Below are positions 1 to 10,016 of a stretch of DNA of 26,865 nucleotides, in pieces (positions within the stretch are counted from its first letter, which is position 1; each line of letters starts with the position of its first letter). A program made the position numbers and the translations under genes. The DNA comes from Chlorokybus atmophyticus (taxonomy: Eukaryota; Plantae; Mesostigma and Chlorokybus algae). The stretch covers positions 32,366 to 59,230 of the forward strand of contig RHPI01001960.1 of the NCBI GenBank assembly GCA_009103225.1, given 5' to 3'. The notes under the pieces are model-generated. The model saw nothing but the letters and a program-made list of their open reading frames with translations, searched no databases and was not told where the DNA came from.

Positions 1-199
1 CCCTCTCCCTACACACATGCACACGCAAGCACACGAGTACATAAATACAACTCAGACGCGCACACACACGCGCGCGCCGACACAGACGCCCACGCTCACG
101 CACACGCACACATGAGCGCGCATGCACGCGCTTGCGCCAGCACTCATAAACACGAGAGTGCGCTTGTACACAACTTGTAGCGCACATAGTCATTGCTGG

Positions 200-930
200 C
201 GCATGCATTTGGCCGCTAAGCTTGACTTTGGACAAGCAGAAATCTTTCACGGTTGCCTCGCGCTGCTGCGCCAGCATCAGCGCATTAGGGTATTGACGGT
301 AAGGAGCGTTGGGCCAAAGCTTGAGATCTAGTGGTTCAGACAATGCGAATTTGCCATTGGAGTTCTTCTTGCACACAGGTAGCCTCGGTAGTACACCAAG
401 GTGATGTCAGCTGTAGCCGCTGTGTCTTTGTTCTTGACAATGGTTCTAGCCCACTCATGAATCCACGCGTGCTTGTGCGTGCTCTCGTCAACCTCGTCTT
501 CATCAAAGTCTGACAAGCCTACAGCGCAGTTTGTAACATCAGCCATTCCCTAAACATAAATGCATACATTGCAAGCACAATGCAGTCGCTATACCTGCAG
601 CAGCCGATGATGATGCTGACGCAGTCGGGGGTGGAGGCGGAGGTGGTGGTGGCGGCGGTGGTGAAGGTGGTGGTGGTGGCGTGGCAAATAGTAAATTCCG
701 AGGTGGCGACACTGGCCAAGCGTATTGGTAACTGGTTGCCTTGACTCTTGTATGATTTAGTTGTAGTAGTTGCAAAAGTGACAACACCCCGATGACAATG
801 CCAAGCAGAACCAGCGGCAAGCTGACATTCTTTTTTGAGCCTGATAACACCCCCTTTTGCTGCTTGCCGATGTGCGACGGAGTGGGAACCAATAGCCGAG
901 CATGGCAGCGCTAGTAGAGTTTGTCATGAA
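200..930 (-). pseudogene. Spliced, frameshifted gene for a type II membrane-like protein with a poly-Pro stem
   Basis: ORF 892-595 gives a hydrophobic stretch (VSLPLVLLGIVIGVLSLLQLL) followed by TPPPPPSPPPPPPPPPPPPT. A 76-nt GT-AG intron (594-519; CAG|GTATAG ... CTGAT ... TGTAG|) joins in phase to GLSDFDEDEVDESTHKHAW. The upstream ATG and the protein-like downstream frame (VCKKNSNGKFALSEPLDLKLWPNAPY) each need a frameshift. The boundaries are approximate. Confidence 0.5.
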
Positions 931-984
931 GTCCAGCTGCACAACGGCCACAATTACTTCGCTTAGCCAAACAGTGGGCGGCTG

Positions 985-2160
985 CTTTGTGTGTGATCTG
1001 CGTGCTCAAGAGTGTGTGTGCGTATGTCAGCTCTCCGTTCTATATGACTAGGTCAGTGTTGGTGTGCTGAGTGTGAGTCTGCTTTGCTTATTATGTGCGT
1101 GTGTGTGCATGTGCGCGACAGTGTTGTGTGGCATGCGCACATGCTTTGCGTTGCACTGTGGATGTGTTCTTTAGTGTTGCCGTGCTGTGTGTTGTGTGTG
1201 TGTCCGTCTCGGGCTGTATGTGCCTGCATGCGTGCGTGTGTGGGTTCCATTGTGTGTGCGTGTGCGCTGAGTGCGTGCGTGCGCGAATGCTGACCATGTC
1301 GGCATCTTACCTGGTACGATCACAAACGGCTGACATCCAATAGCAACCTCCCCCTTGCCGTTGCGCATTGCCCAACCTGCATAGCCGCCATGAGGAGGTG
1401 TTGCATCTTTCTTGCATCATGGCAATGCACAAGTGTTGCATACCATGATTGACCGGCGCTGCACACATTGTTGATGCAATCCTGCTGTGCATAGTCCTCC
1501 GATCACACCATGTGGGAGCCTGCAAGCTTTGGAACACCTGTGAGAGCACGGAAAGCGTTGTACATTAACCATACACGTATGGTACTGCGTGTGCATGTGC
1601 CTGTGCGTGTGCGAGTACAGTGTTTGCATGCGTAGTGTGCTGCGTGCATTAGTGTTGATGTGTCGCGCATGTGTGCGCGTGTGTGTGCTTATGCTCTACA
1701 TTCTGTTTGTGTGCGATAGTGTTGGTGCGCTGTGTGCATGTGTCTGGTCTGCGTTCTGTGTGCATGTGTGTAAGTGTGTATGTGAGTTGGTGTTGATTTG
1801 CTGTGCGTGTGTGCCTGGTCAGCACTGTATATGTGTGCGCTGATGCGTCAGTGTTGTTGTGCTCTGTGCTGTGTGTACAAAAGATGCAAGGGGCATTTAT
1901 CTGTCTTTGCCTATGTGTGTGCGCGCGCGCGCGCGCATGCGCCACATGGTGTGCATTGCCGGAAGTACAACACCGCACTAGATGACACATGCTTACAAAC
2001 ACAGCAAGCACACACAACTCCTTTACAAACAGTGACAAGCACAACGAAGCACTTACACTACTACATATAGTTCGTACTAGTATTAGTACTTACACCGACA
2101 AACACGCACTCCTCACAATAGCACATCTGCATTGGCCGAGCAAGCACACACACACACGCC
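985..2160. repeat. Low-complexity TG/CA-rich tract including (GC)8 at 1921-1936
   Basis: Degenerate GTGT/GTGC repeats on + from about 985 to 1940, switching to CA-rich from about 1960 to 2160. Positions 1-135 are also CA-rich. ORFs here are Cys/Val or His/Thr artefacts. Confidence 0.85.
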
Positions 2161-3198
2161 GCCTGCTGCGCAGGGGGTGCTTGCTTTGACTTGTTGGGCT
2201 GAGTAAGTTGTAGTCAGAAGTCACGTAGCCTGGCGTACATGCTCCCGCTGTGAGGTGAGTGTCTTTGTCTTGAGTGTTGCTATGTTCTATTGTTCAAGAA
2301 GCTTGTGTGCATATGGAGTTGGCACAGCAAAAGACTACTTGTCTTAGTCCTGTACACTCTTACACTAGCGCAGCGCATAGGGTTGTTCGCTGACTTGCAA
2401 GGTTGCAGCGGCAATGATAAAGGCGATAGCCACGACAACGTCAACGTCTTGGGGCGTACGCCTTGCCTTTGTAGACCTAGCCATGGCGCCACGTATACAA
2501 ATCACAGCGACGACACCCCAGCCGTTGCCTCCGCCGATGTGGACTGCAATCGGCTTGTTTCAGACCCCACGTTTTGCAAAGTTCATACGCGGAAGCTGGC
2601 AGGGAAGTGACCGCGGAAGCATATGAGCATTTCGCTAAGGGTTTTGGTTTCACTACAGAAGCCAACGCAACTGTGTTCACTCGAGTGAACATAAGGTATC
2701 ACTGGAGTGAATAGAAAGTGAGTTTGCGAATTCGCTCTGCGCCGCGATCTGGGCCGTTCCAATTCACTCCAATCTACGGCATCTGAGTGAAATGGAGAGG
2801 CCCGAGCGGGTGCAGCACATCGTAAGTGCTTGGTATCGCTGACCCAGGTTAAAGTCCCCAGGCCACCCGCAGATCAACAACTTATGTTAAAACACCTACC
2901 AGTGCTCAGATGTTTCATAATAAGCTATGTATCGAGGTGTCTAAAGTATTTCGTAACGTATACACCTGTAATATTTTTCGTTTAATCATTACCGGTATGT
3001 ATACACATAATATAACAAACAATTGTAAACACCTGTCAGTATTGTTTACCGGTACAGTGTACAGTGTAGTGCTGTTATATGCAACCGTGGTGCATGTATC
3101 GCAGGACACATGTTGTTCATTGCGTAAACATGAATGCAATACAACTGGCACATGGAACAATTGACGGACAAAGGTTATATACTTAGCAAACACCCCAC

Positions 3199-3242
3199 AC
3201 GGTGTCTTGTGTCGTCGTAGCTACGACGACACAAGACACCGT
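3199..3242. repeat. Perfect 44-bp spacerless palindrome
   Basis: ACGGTGTCTTGTGTCGTCGTAG|CTACGACGACACAAGACACCGT is its own reverse complement. Confidence 0.95.
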
Positions 3243-3250
3243 AGCTCTAA

Positions 3251-3274
3251 CTGATTAGACTATAGTCTAGTCAG
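3251..3274. repeat. 24-bp near-perfect palindrome adjacent to the 44-bp one
   Basis: CTGATTAGACTATAGTCTAGTCAG has one mismatched pair. Confidence 0.85.
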
Positions 3275-3494
3275 TCAAAGCTAAAGTTGTTGGGTTATTG
3301 CTCACTAACCCGACAGACTCGTCCGCGCAAGTTCAGAACCCGGCGATGGAGACGCAAATGCCCGATGTTGCGACGGTTTTGGCTTTTTGCCGCGAACTGC
3401 GGCCATAACATTTTTGGTTACATCACACATAAAGATTAATCCCCTTAATACATTATCTAACCAACAATTAGTATATGATGTGGCCAGTAATGGA

Positions 3495-3730
3495 TTCAAG
3501 AAAAGACGGATACCGAACTTAATGCACACCAACTACTTGCCCTTAATGGCAGCTGAATACCAAACTAAGTTTTGGCTGCAGCATGAACAAGTGCAAAAAT
3601 TGATATGTTGCTTGCGTATGGATTCTAAAGTAAGTTATAGCTAGATCTCCAATGATGTTGTCGGCAAGACCGAACTGTTGGGGGGCCGTTTCTACCGGTG
3701 ATGAAGCGATTTGTCAGGAGATGGTTTGTG
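3495..3730 (+). pseudogene. Degenerate ankyrin-repeat-like remnant
   Basis: Reading across stops and frameshifts gives ...TSAKIDMLLAYGF... and NDVVGKTELL(G)AVSTGDEAICQEMV, which resembles the ankyrin pattern LL.YG...D..G.T.L..A...G...+. The join needs a slip in a G6 run. Confidence 0.35.
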
Positions 3731-4239
3731 CGACTCTTTGGCGTCATGCGTGATAATCAGAGGTCAGGCCTGCTGCTCCACCACAGAGTCGTCAATGCAC
3801 TGTCTACAATCTTTAAAACGCAATACAACGAGTCCACCTGGTATGAGGTGGCTACAATTAGGCACGCATAAAAGATATGGGCTCTTGTGGAAGCATATCC
3901 CACCTTGGCACACTCCTAGCACAGAGAAAGGCATATCGATTAAACGAGGCAGCATTCAGTTCGTAGGGAACGACGCCTTGTTTGAACCCATCTGCACACA
4001 AGAGAACATTGCCATCCACACCAAGTCGCGGCGGACAGTGCGTGACTACAAAGCCTACATGAGGGACGGTCTGGTATACAGGTACGTGCTGGCATCAATA
4101 CCCATAGAGATGTCCACTTTATGCTGTCCACTTGACAATCTCGACTGCCCCTTTCACATTGACAATTGCAGACTGTGAACGTTAGTATTGATAGTCGGCT
4201 AACTGTTAATGAAACCATTGTTTGCAGTTGACAGTGGCC

Positions 4240-4242
<3 letters not shown>

Positions 4243-4276
<34 letters not shown>
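4243..4276. repeat. (TC)17 microsatellite followed by (GC)4
   Basis: Read directly from the sequence. It lies just upstream of the truncated copia gag. Confidence 0.95.
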
Positions 4277-4284
<8 letters not shown>

Positions 4285-4389
4285 AAAATGACACACATGC
4301 ATCCTCTCACACAGGCACGCCTGCAAGGATGCTGTGATGCTGGATGGAAGTAGGCCTGGTGCTTAACTGATGGTGCTTAACTGCAAGCC

Positions 4390-5160
4390 ACATCACTTTC
4401 CAATGCTCACAACATGTGAAGATGGCAGGCAAGCTTGGGAGAAGCTTGCAGCCGTGTTTCAAGCCAAGAACATGCCAGAAAGATACAATTACGCAAGCAG
4501 CTAAGCGCGCTTCATAAAAAGACGGCAGAGCCGGTCACAAAGTATGTTGCATGTGCAAGTAAGCTGCGGGCGGACCTCGTCAATGTCGGCCACAAGATGG
4601 AAGAGACAGAGGTTGTATTGGCAATTGTTGCAGGGCTTCCATCAGAGTACGAAGTTGTCGCTACTCTACTCGAGACATCGTCATCGGCGCTAACCTTGGA
4701 CAATGCGCTACCCAAGTTGCTCAGTGGAGCAACGCGTCTCAAAGAAGGAAGAGCAAGCAGACTCTGTGGCCTTCCACACACGAGACAACCACAAGATCAC
4801 AAGCAACTATAAAGACAAGAACAAGGTGAAAGGCATCAACTCAAGGTTCAAGAATCTCACATGCCACTATTGCGGTATCAAAGGACATATCGCAAAGGAT
4901 TGTCGCAAATGCCAACGAGAGCAATCCGAAGCAAACACCAGTGGCAACACTCAACGCAAAGCGAAGGGTGTTGCATTTATTGCCTCAAGAAAGTTTGACA
5001 CAACTTCATGGGCAATTGACTCAGGCTGTGATCAGCATGTCACACCACACAAGGAGGTGATGGAGAACTACAAGAAGCTGACAACCACAAGGAAGGTGGA
5101 AGGCTTCAGTGGTCACGAGCTTGAAGCAATAAGAGTTAGTAAAAGTAAGGCTTCAATGCA
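4390..5160 (+). pseudogene. gag: Copia gag (with CCHC knuckle) and aspartic protease
   Basis: AWEKLAAVFQAKN...LRKQLSAL...VLAIVAGLPSEYEVVATLL; zinc knuckle CHYCGIKGHIAKDC at 4862-4903; protease motif WAIDSG at 5009-5026; frameshift near 4725. Confidence 0.9.
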
Positions 5161-5163
5161 AGG

Positions 5164-6280
5164 TTGGCGATGGTGGGAGAGAAGTGGTACGTGCGAGAAG
5201 TAATGCACGTACCTGGAGCTACTGCAAACTTGTTCTCCGTAAGAGTTGCTGAACGCGTGGGAGCTGAGATAGTGATCCGGAATGGACGCTGCTCCGTACG
5301 CATGGATGGGGTCGAGTACATGGTCGGCACCCAACGAGGAGGGCTCTACATTGTGGAGCAAACTCATGGCAGCAAGGCCATTTTCGTGAAGGAGAGGGAG
5401 ACGGTTGAGCTTTGGCATCGGAGGTTCGGGCATTTGGGCAACAGCAACCTCGCACGCCTGGTCGCTGAAGACATGGTGAAAGGCATCAACGTGAGCAAGG
5501 AAGACCTTCAAGCATCTTCAAGTGCACTCTGTGAGCTTTGTGTGTTGGCCAAGCAGCATTGCATGCCGTTCCCATCATCTACTTCCAGTAGCAAGCATCC
5601 TTGCGAGCTTGTGCATATGGACGTTTGCGGGCCTATACACACTGTGGCGAAAGGAGGGGTAAGGTACTTTGCGACTTTCCTCGACGACTACATCAAGCTT
5701 TCCATCGTCTTCCCTTTGATACAAAAGTCAGAAGTCGCTGGAGCTGTGCGTACCGTTATTGCATTTCTCGAGACCCAATCGGGCAAGAAGATAAAAGCAA
5801 TGAGAAGTGATCGAGGAGGGGAGTACATCAATGCCCAGCTCAAAGAGTTTTTCGCCAGCAAAGGCATACGGCATGAGACAGCAGCACCATACACTCCACA
5901 ATAGAATGGAGCAGCTGAACATCTCAAGCGAACCTTATTGGAGCGTGTTCGAGCCATGCTCAATGAGACCAAGTTGGAGGACAGTCTGTGGAAGGAGGCC
6001 GTTCTCACTGCCAACTACATTCGCAACCGTTCACCAGTGAGCTCTGAGCAAAAGACTCCGTGGGAGCTCTTTGACAATGAAGCGCCAGATGTGAGTGGCA
6101 TGCGTGTGTTCAGATATGGCATATGCACTTGTGCCAAGTCAATTGCGACACGAGTGGGAGCCTGTCAGCAAAAAGGGCATCTTTGTTGGCTATGAGCCAG
6201 GCTCAAAGGCGTACAAGGTCCTACTGGAGGATACGCGCAAGATTGTGGTGAGTAGAGAAGTTGTCTTCCACGAAGGCTAA
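5164..6280 (+). pseudogene. pol: Copia pre-integrase zinc-binding region and integrase core
   Basis: LWHRRFGHLG...CELC; LVHMDVCGP; FLDDY; RSDRGGEY; ETAAPYTPQ*NGAAE (TAG at 5902-5904); W.EAVLTANYIRNRSP; GIFVGYEPGSKAYKV after a frameshift. Confidence 0.92.
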
Positions 6281-6509
6281 TCACAAGTTGAGGATGAAGC
6301 AGGCTTCTTCCCTCAACATGCAGATGACAAAGCACAACCTGAAGAACTTCCAAGCAGAGAGGAGGTTGAAGGCGAGGCATCGGTCATCAATAAAGAGCAG
6401 GGCTTAGCTGTAGAAGGCGAGAAGCACAAGCAGCAGGAGCAAGCTCGACGCTACCCAACCACCTGACTTCTTAAAGGCACACGTCGCCAGCGTGCATAAT
6501 GAAGAGAGT

Positions 6510-7012
6510 GAAGAACCAAGCACTTACGAGGAGGCATTGCAAGCACCAGATGCAGAGCAATGGCAGCGAGCTATGGATGATGAAATTGCATCACTCCATG
6601 CCAACAACACTTGGGTGTTACAAAAACCCCCACAATGTGTGAAACCCATCCCAGTCAAGTGGGTGTTTAAGGTGAAGTGTGATGGTCAAGGCAACATTGA
6701 GCGCTACAAGGCAAGGCTAGTGGCAAAGGGATTCCTACAACGGGATGGTGTGGACTTCAATGAAGTATTTGCACCTGCAAGTAAGCACGCAACCTTTCGC
6801 ACGTTGCTCGCCATGGTTGCTGCTGAAGACCTCGAGTGTCACCACCTTGATGTAAAGACTGCTTTCCTTTACGGAGAGCTGGAGGAAGAGATCTACACTC
6901 AGCAACCACCAGGCTACGCAGAAGGGGAGCCAGGCATGGCTTGCAAGTTGATCAAGGCTTTGCATGGGATGCGACAAGCACAACGTGTGTGGCACATTCG
7001 CCTCACAAAGGA
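6510..7012 (+). pseudogene. pol: Copia reverse transcriptase, 5' part
   Basis: EPSTYEEAL...WQRAMDDEIASLHANNTW...KWVFKVK...RYKARLVAKGF...LDVKTAFLYGELEEEIY...WHIRLTK, ending at the insertion site. Confidence 0.93.
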
Positions 7013-7469
7013 TGTTGACATACACACGTGCAAGTGACACGCCAACAACATCAACACAAGAGCATGACTGCTACTGCCGCCATAGCATCCGCACACATGC
7101 TACATCGTGACCTCTTATCTTCACTGCAACAAGTCTGGGCTTTATACCCCGCCAGTCTCTACACACATCTACATTGGCAAGCACCGCGTGCGCTATACTC
7201 AGCCGATTGCTGTTCTGTAAGCTACGCTGTCTAGCTCACAACCAGAGCTTTCCAACAAGCTAAGCCACGCCTGCTAAGCTTACGTATCCACGAAGCTACG
7301 CGATTTCTCCCAAGGCTCTACCAAGCAGCCTGGTCCGGAGTCCGTCATGACTCGACCGTCTTGCTAAGTCTGGAGTCCACGCGCTTCTTCCTGGTACCTT
7401 CGACCCTCGACTCCTGTATGAAGGGCAAGCTAACCGGATACAAGCATCACCCATGTAATACCTTCAACA
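7013..7469 (-). repeat. Complete 457-bp LTR of the inserted element (minus orientation)
   Basis: On the - strand it starts TGTTGAAGG at 7469, directly after the PPT-like GCGTGGGAG (7478-7470, identical to the host PPT). It ends TGTCAACA at 7013 and contains TATAAAG at 7146-7140. Confidence 0.8.
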
Positions 7470-7482
7470 CTCCCACGCGAGC

Positions 7483-7787
7483 AGCCTTGGGAGAAATCGC
7501 GTAGCTTCGTGGATACGTAAGCTTAGCAGGCGTGGCTTAGCTTGTTGGAAAGCTCTGGTTGTGAGCTAGACAGCGTAGCTTACAGAACAGCAATCGGCTG
7601 AGTATAGCGCACGCGGTGCTTGCCAATGTAGGTGTGTGTAGAGACTGGCGGGGTATAAAGCCCAGACTTGTTGCAATGAAGATAAGAGGTCACAATGTAG
7701 CATGTGTGCGGATGCTATGGCGGCAGTAGCAGTCATGCTCTTGTGTTGATGTTGTAAGCGTGTCACTTGCACGTGTGTTTGTCAACA
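7483..7787 (+). repeat. Inverted 305-bp copy of the LTR 3' portion (second arm of a long inverted repeat)
   Basis: Reverse complement of 7013-7317 with about 6 mismatches by eye. It contains TATAAAG (7654-7660) and ends TGTCAACA. Confidence 0.93.
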
Positions 7788-7801
7788 GGTTATGGGCCCA
7801 C
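7788..7801 (+). promoter_or_regulatory. Primer-binding site for the tRNA-iMet half-molecule
   Basis: GGTTATGGGCCCAC directly follows the LTR end. It is complementary to the anticodon arm of eukaryotic initiator tRNA (GUGGGCCCAUAACC), not to its 3' CCA end. Confidence 0.85.
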
Positions 7802-7920
7802 ACATGCTTGTGTAGGTTGATGGAGTGTGTTACAATTGTATGTGTAGCTGTAGTTGCTTTGTGGTAGTGTGGGGTTGTGAGGTCTGTGAGCAGAGAGGGC
7901 AACTAACCAAGGCCACCAGC

Positions 7921-8064
7921 ATGGACGGCTTGAAGATCGCGATTGGACTACTGGACGTTGACGCCTACAACAGTTGGAGTGTGAAGATGGAGCTACTACT
8001 GGCCCACAAGGAGATGCGGAAGTACATGGACCAAGAGGAGGAGATGATGGAGATCTTCTGGTGA
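7921..8064 (+). pseudogene. gag: Copia gag N-terminal remnant
   Basis: MDGLKIAIGLLDVDAYNSWSVKMELLLAHKEMRKYM matches the copia gag start pattern L...NY..W...M..LL. It lies 120 nt after the PBS, and the downstream sequence is purine-rich and non-coding. Confidence 0.7.
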
Positions 8065-8948
8065 CTGAAGAAGAGTACGTGAAGTACTTGGAAGAGGAGG
8101 CGTCCTTGATACGTGGAAGCTGAAGATGTCAGCTCGTGTTGCTGAGTGCGAGGAATACTTGGTGGAGCGTGGTGAAGCGCGTTAAGGAATGCAAAAGGCA
8201 ACCCGTGGTAAGCACGTTGATGTGCTTGGTGGAAGGAAGGGGAGCAGATGGCAACCCTTGAGGTCGAGCACGGTGGAGTGTTTGATGGACCTTCCGAGAA
8301 GGGGAGCGAGGGCAGTCCTTGGTGAAGCATGGTAAAGTGCTTGGTACTTTGGTTGAAGCATGTGGAGTGCTTGGCTGAAGGTGCATGCGAGGAAGCGTGA
8401 TAAGCATCATGGAAGCGTGATCACTTGGAAGCTAGACATGGAGCATCCTGGACGTGAAGCTTGGAGGCTATACGCAGAAGCATGTGGACGTGGACATGAA
8501 GATGGCCATGGTGTGCGCAAGGTTGCTGCATTGACAAGGGTGGTTGAGGATGGAGTTTTAAGATACCACAAGGTTATGAGCAACAAGGAGGCACAAGTAG
8601 GTTGCGATTGCGGAGCCCGTGGGAGCTGCAAGTGGTGGAAAGCAAGTTGACTAGAGGAGTCATGGGCTTATACCAGCGGCGGAGGCACTGTCAACGAGGA
8701 CGGATGCAGCGGGTGCATGAAGGCAACATGTATGTACAGCAAGGAGCAAGGTTGGTGGTCAACCATGAGGCTCGGGTTGCTGTAGAAGTGAACGACTTCA
8801 AGATCATCCATGAGAAGCATGGAGGCGTGAGAAAAAAGGTGAAGGCTTGCGTGAGAGCAAGCGGTGTGCGTGAGTAATGGAGGAGCTGATGTTGAAGGAC
8901 AAGCTGACCGGATACAAGCATCACCCATGTAATACCTTCAACAAAGGA

Positions 8949-9977
8949 GTTGGAGAAACTCGGCTACAAAGCATCCTCAGCAGATCCCGGGCTCTTCATT
9001 CATGAAGAGAAGAAGGTTTACTTGTGTATGTGGACGACATCATCATCATGGCGAAGCAAGTTAAAGACCTGAAAGAGACAAAGCACGGATTGCAGCAAGC
9101 ATTCGCAGTGCGCAACCTTGGAGAGGTCAAGTTATTCCTTGGCATGGTGATAGAGCGTGACAGAGCAGCACGCACAATCAAGATCAGCCAAGAGCAGATG
9201 GTGAAGCGACTTGTCACCAAGTTCGGTCTTAATGAAGCAAAGACCAAGTCTACTCCATTAGCACTCGGCACCAACCTCGTCAAAGCAAAGGATGAGAAGA
9301 TACTAAACAAGGCTCAATACCCATGTGGTGAGCTTGTTGGGAGCATGCTCTACTTGGCAGTGTGCACAAGACCTGACAACATCGCACATGCAGTTGGAGT
9401 GCTTGCGCGCTACATGTCTGCACCAAGCATGGAGCATTGGCGTGAGGCGAAGGGAGTATTGCGCTACGCGGCTGGAAGCACAAGTGTTGGCATCAAGTTT
9501 GGTTGCGGAAGCATAAAGACGGAGGGCTACTGCGACGCAGACTTTGCAGGTGACCTTGACAGCAGGAGGTCCACTACAGCTTATGTCTTTAACTTAAATT
9601 GAGGCGTGGTGAGTTGGAACAGCAAGCTGCAACCAACAACAGCAGCATCTGCTTCGCAAGCGGAGTACATGGCAGCATCCGCTGCAGTGAAGGAGGCATT
9701 ATGGCTTCGCAAGCTGATGGCAGATCTGGAGCACCCAATGGCGTGTATCACGATCAACTGCGACAACCAAGGCGCCATCAAGTTGCTGAAGCACCCCGTT
9801 GCCTTGACAAGGACAAAGCACATTGATGTCATTTATCACTTTGTGCGAGACAAAGTCACATGCAAAGAGGTTGAGTTTCAGTATTGCAATACAGAAGACA
9901 TGCTCGCAGACTTCATGACAAAGCCACTGTCACTACTGAAGTTCAAGGGTTGCACGGGACTCGCCATATGTGCGTAA
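8949..9977 (+). pseudogene. pol: Copia reverse transcriptase 3' part and RNase H
   Basis: ADPGLF...MYVDDIII; ELVGSMLYLAVCTRPD; GYCDADFAGDLDSRRSTTAYVF; one internal TGA (9600-9602); VSWNSKLQ...AEYMAA...CDNQGAI...RTKHIDVIYHFVRD...LADFMTKPL. Confidence 0.93.
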
Positions 9978-10007
9978 GCTGGACCAAGTTTACAGGCCAA
10001 GCTGCCC

Positions 10008-10016
10008 GCGTGGGAG
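10008..10016 (+). promoter_or_regulatory. Polypurine-tract-like site of the host copia
   Basis: GCGTGGGAG lies immediately before TGTTGA, about 30 nt after the pol stop. Confidence 0.75.

Larger units (their letters stand above)
7013..8943. mobile_element. Non-autonomous, rearranged copia-type LTR element inserted into the host RT
   Basis: Termini TGTTGA (7013) and TCAACA (8943). The 5-bp TSD AAGGA is at 7008-7012 and 8944-8948. Removing the insert and one TSD copy restores the frame CTC ACA AAG GAG TTG GAG (LTKELE). Confidence 0.93.

Noticed and set aside
985-2190. Numerous Cys/Val- or His/Thr-rich ORFs
   Set aside because: They are translation artefacts of TG/CA low-complexity DNA.
2290-2712. 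Possible frameshifted coding fragment (...CNRLVSDPTFCKVHTRKLAG/REVTAEAYEHFAKGFGF...)
   Set aside because: It looks protein-like, but there is no recognisable family motif or gene structure to support a call.
2700-2885. Structured-RNA candidate (10-bp stem 2703-2712/2762-2771; AAAGTCCCC resembling the RNase MRP CR-I motif)
   Set aside because: No partner GGGGCT CR-V element was found downstream, and no snRNA, SRP or hammerhead core was recognised. The support is insufficient.
4357-4383. 13-bp direct repeat TGGTGCTTAACTG as a TSD or excision footprint
   Set aside because: There is no associated element ends evidence; a simple local duplication within decayed gag is sufficient.
7013-8943. DIRS/TOC1-type tyrosine-recombinase element or DNA-transposon foldback
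   Set aside because: The TG...CA ends, 5-bp TSD, PBS, PPT and copia gag remnant indicate an integrase-mobilised LTR element.
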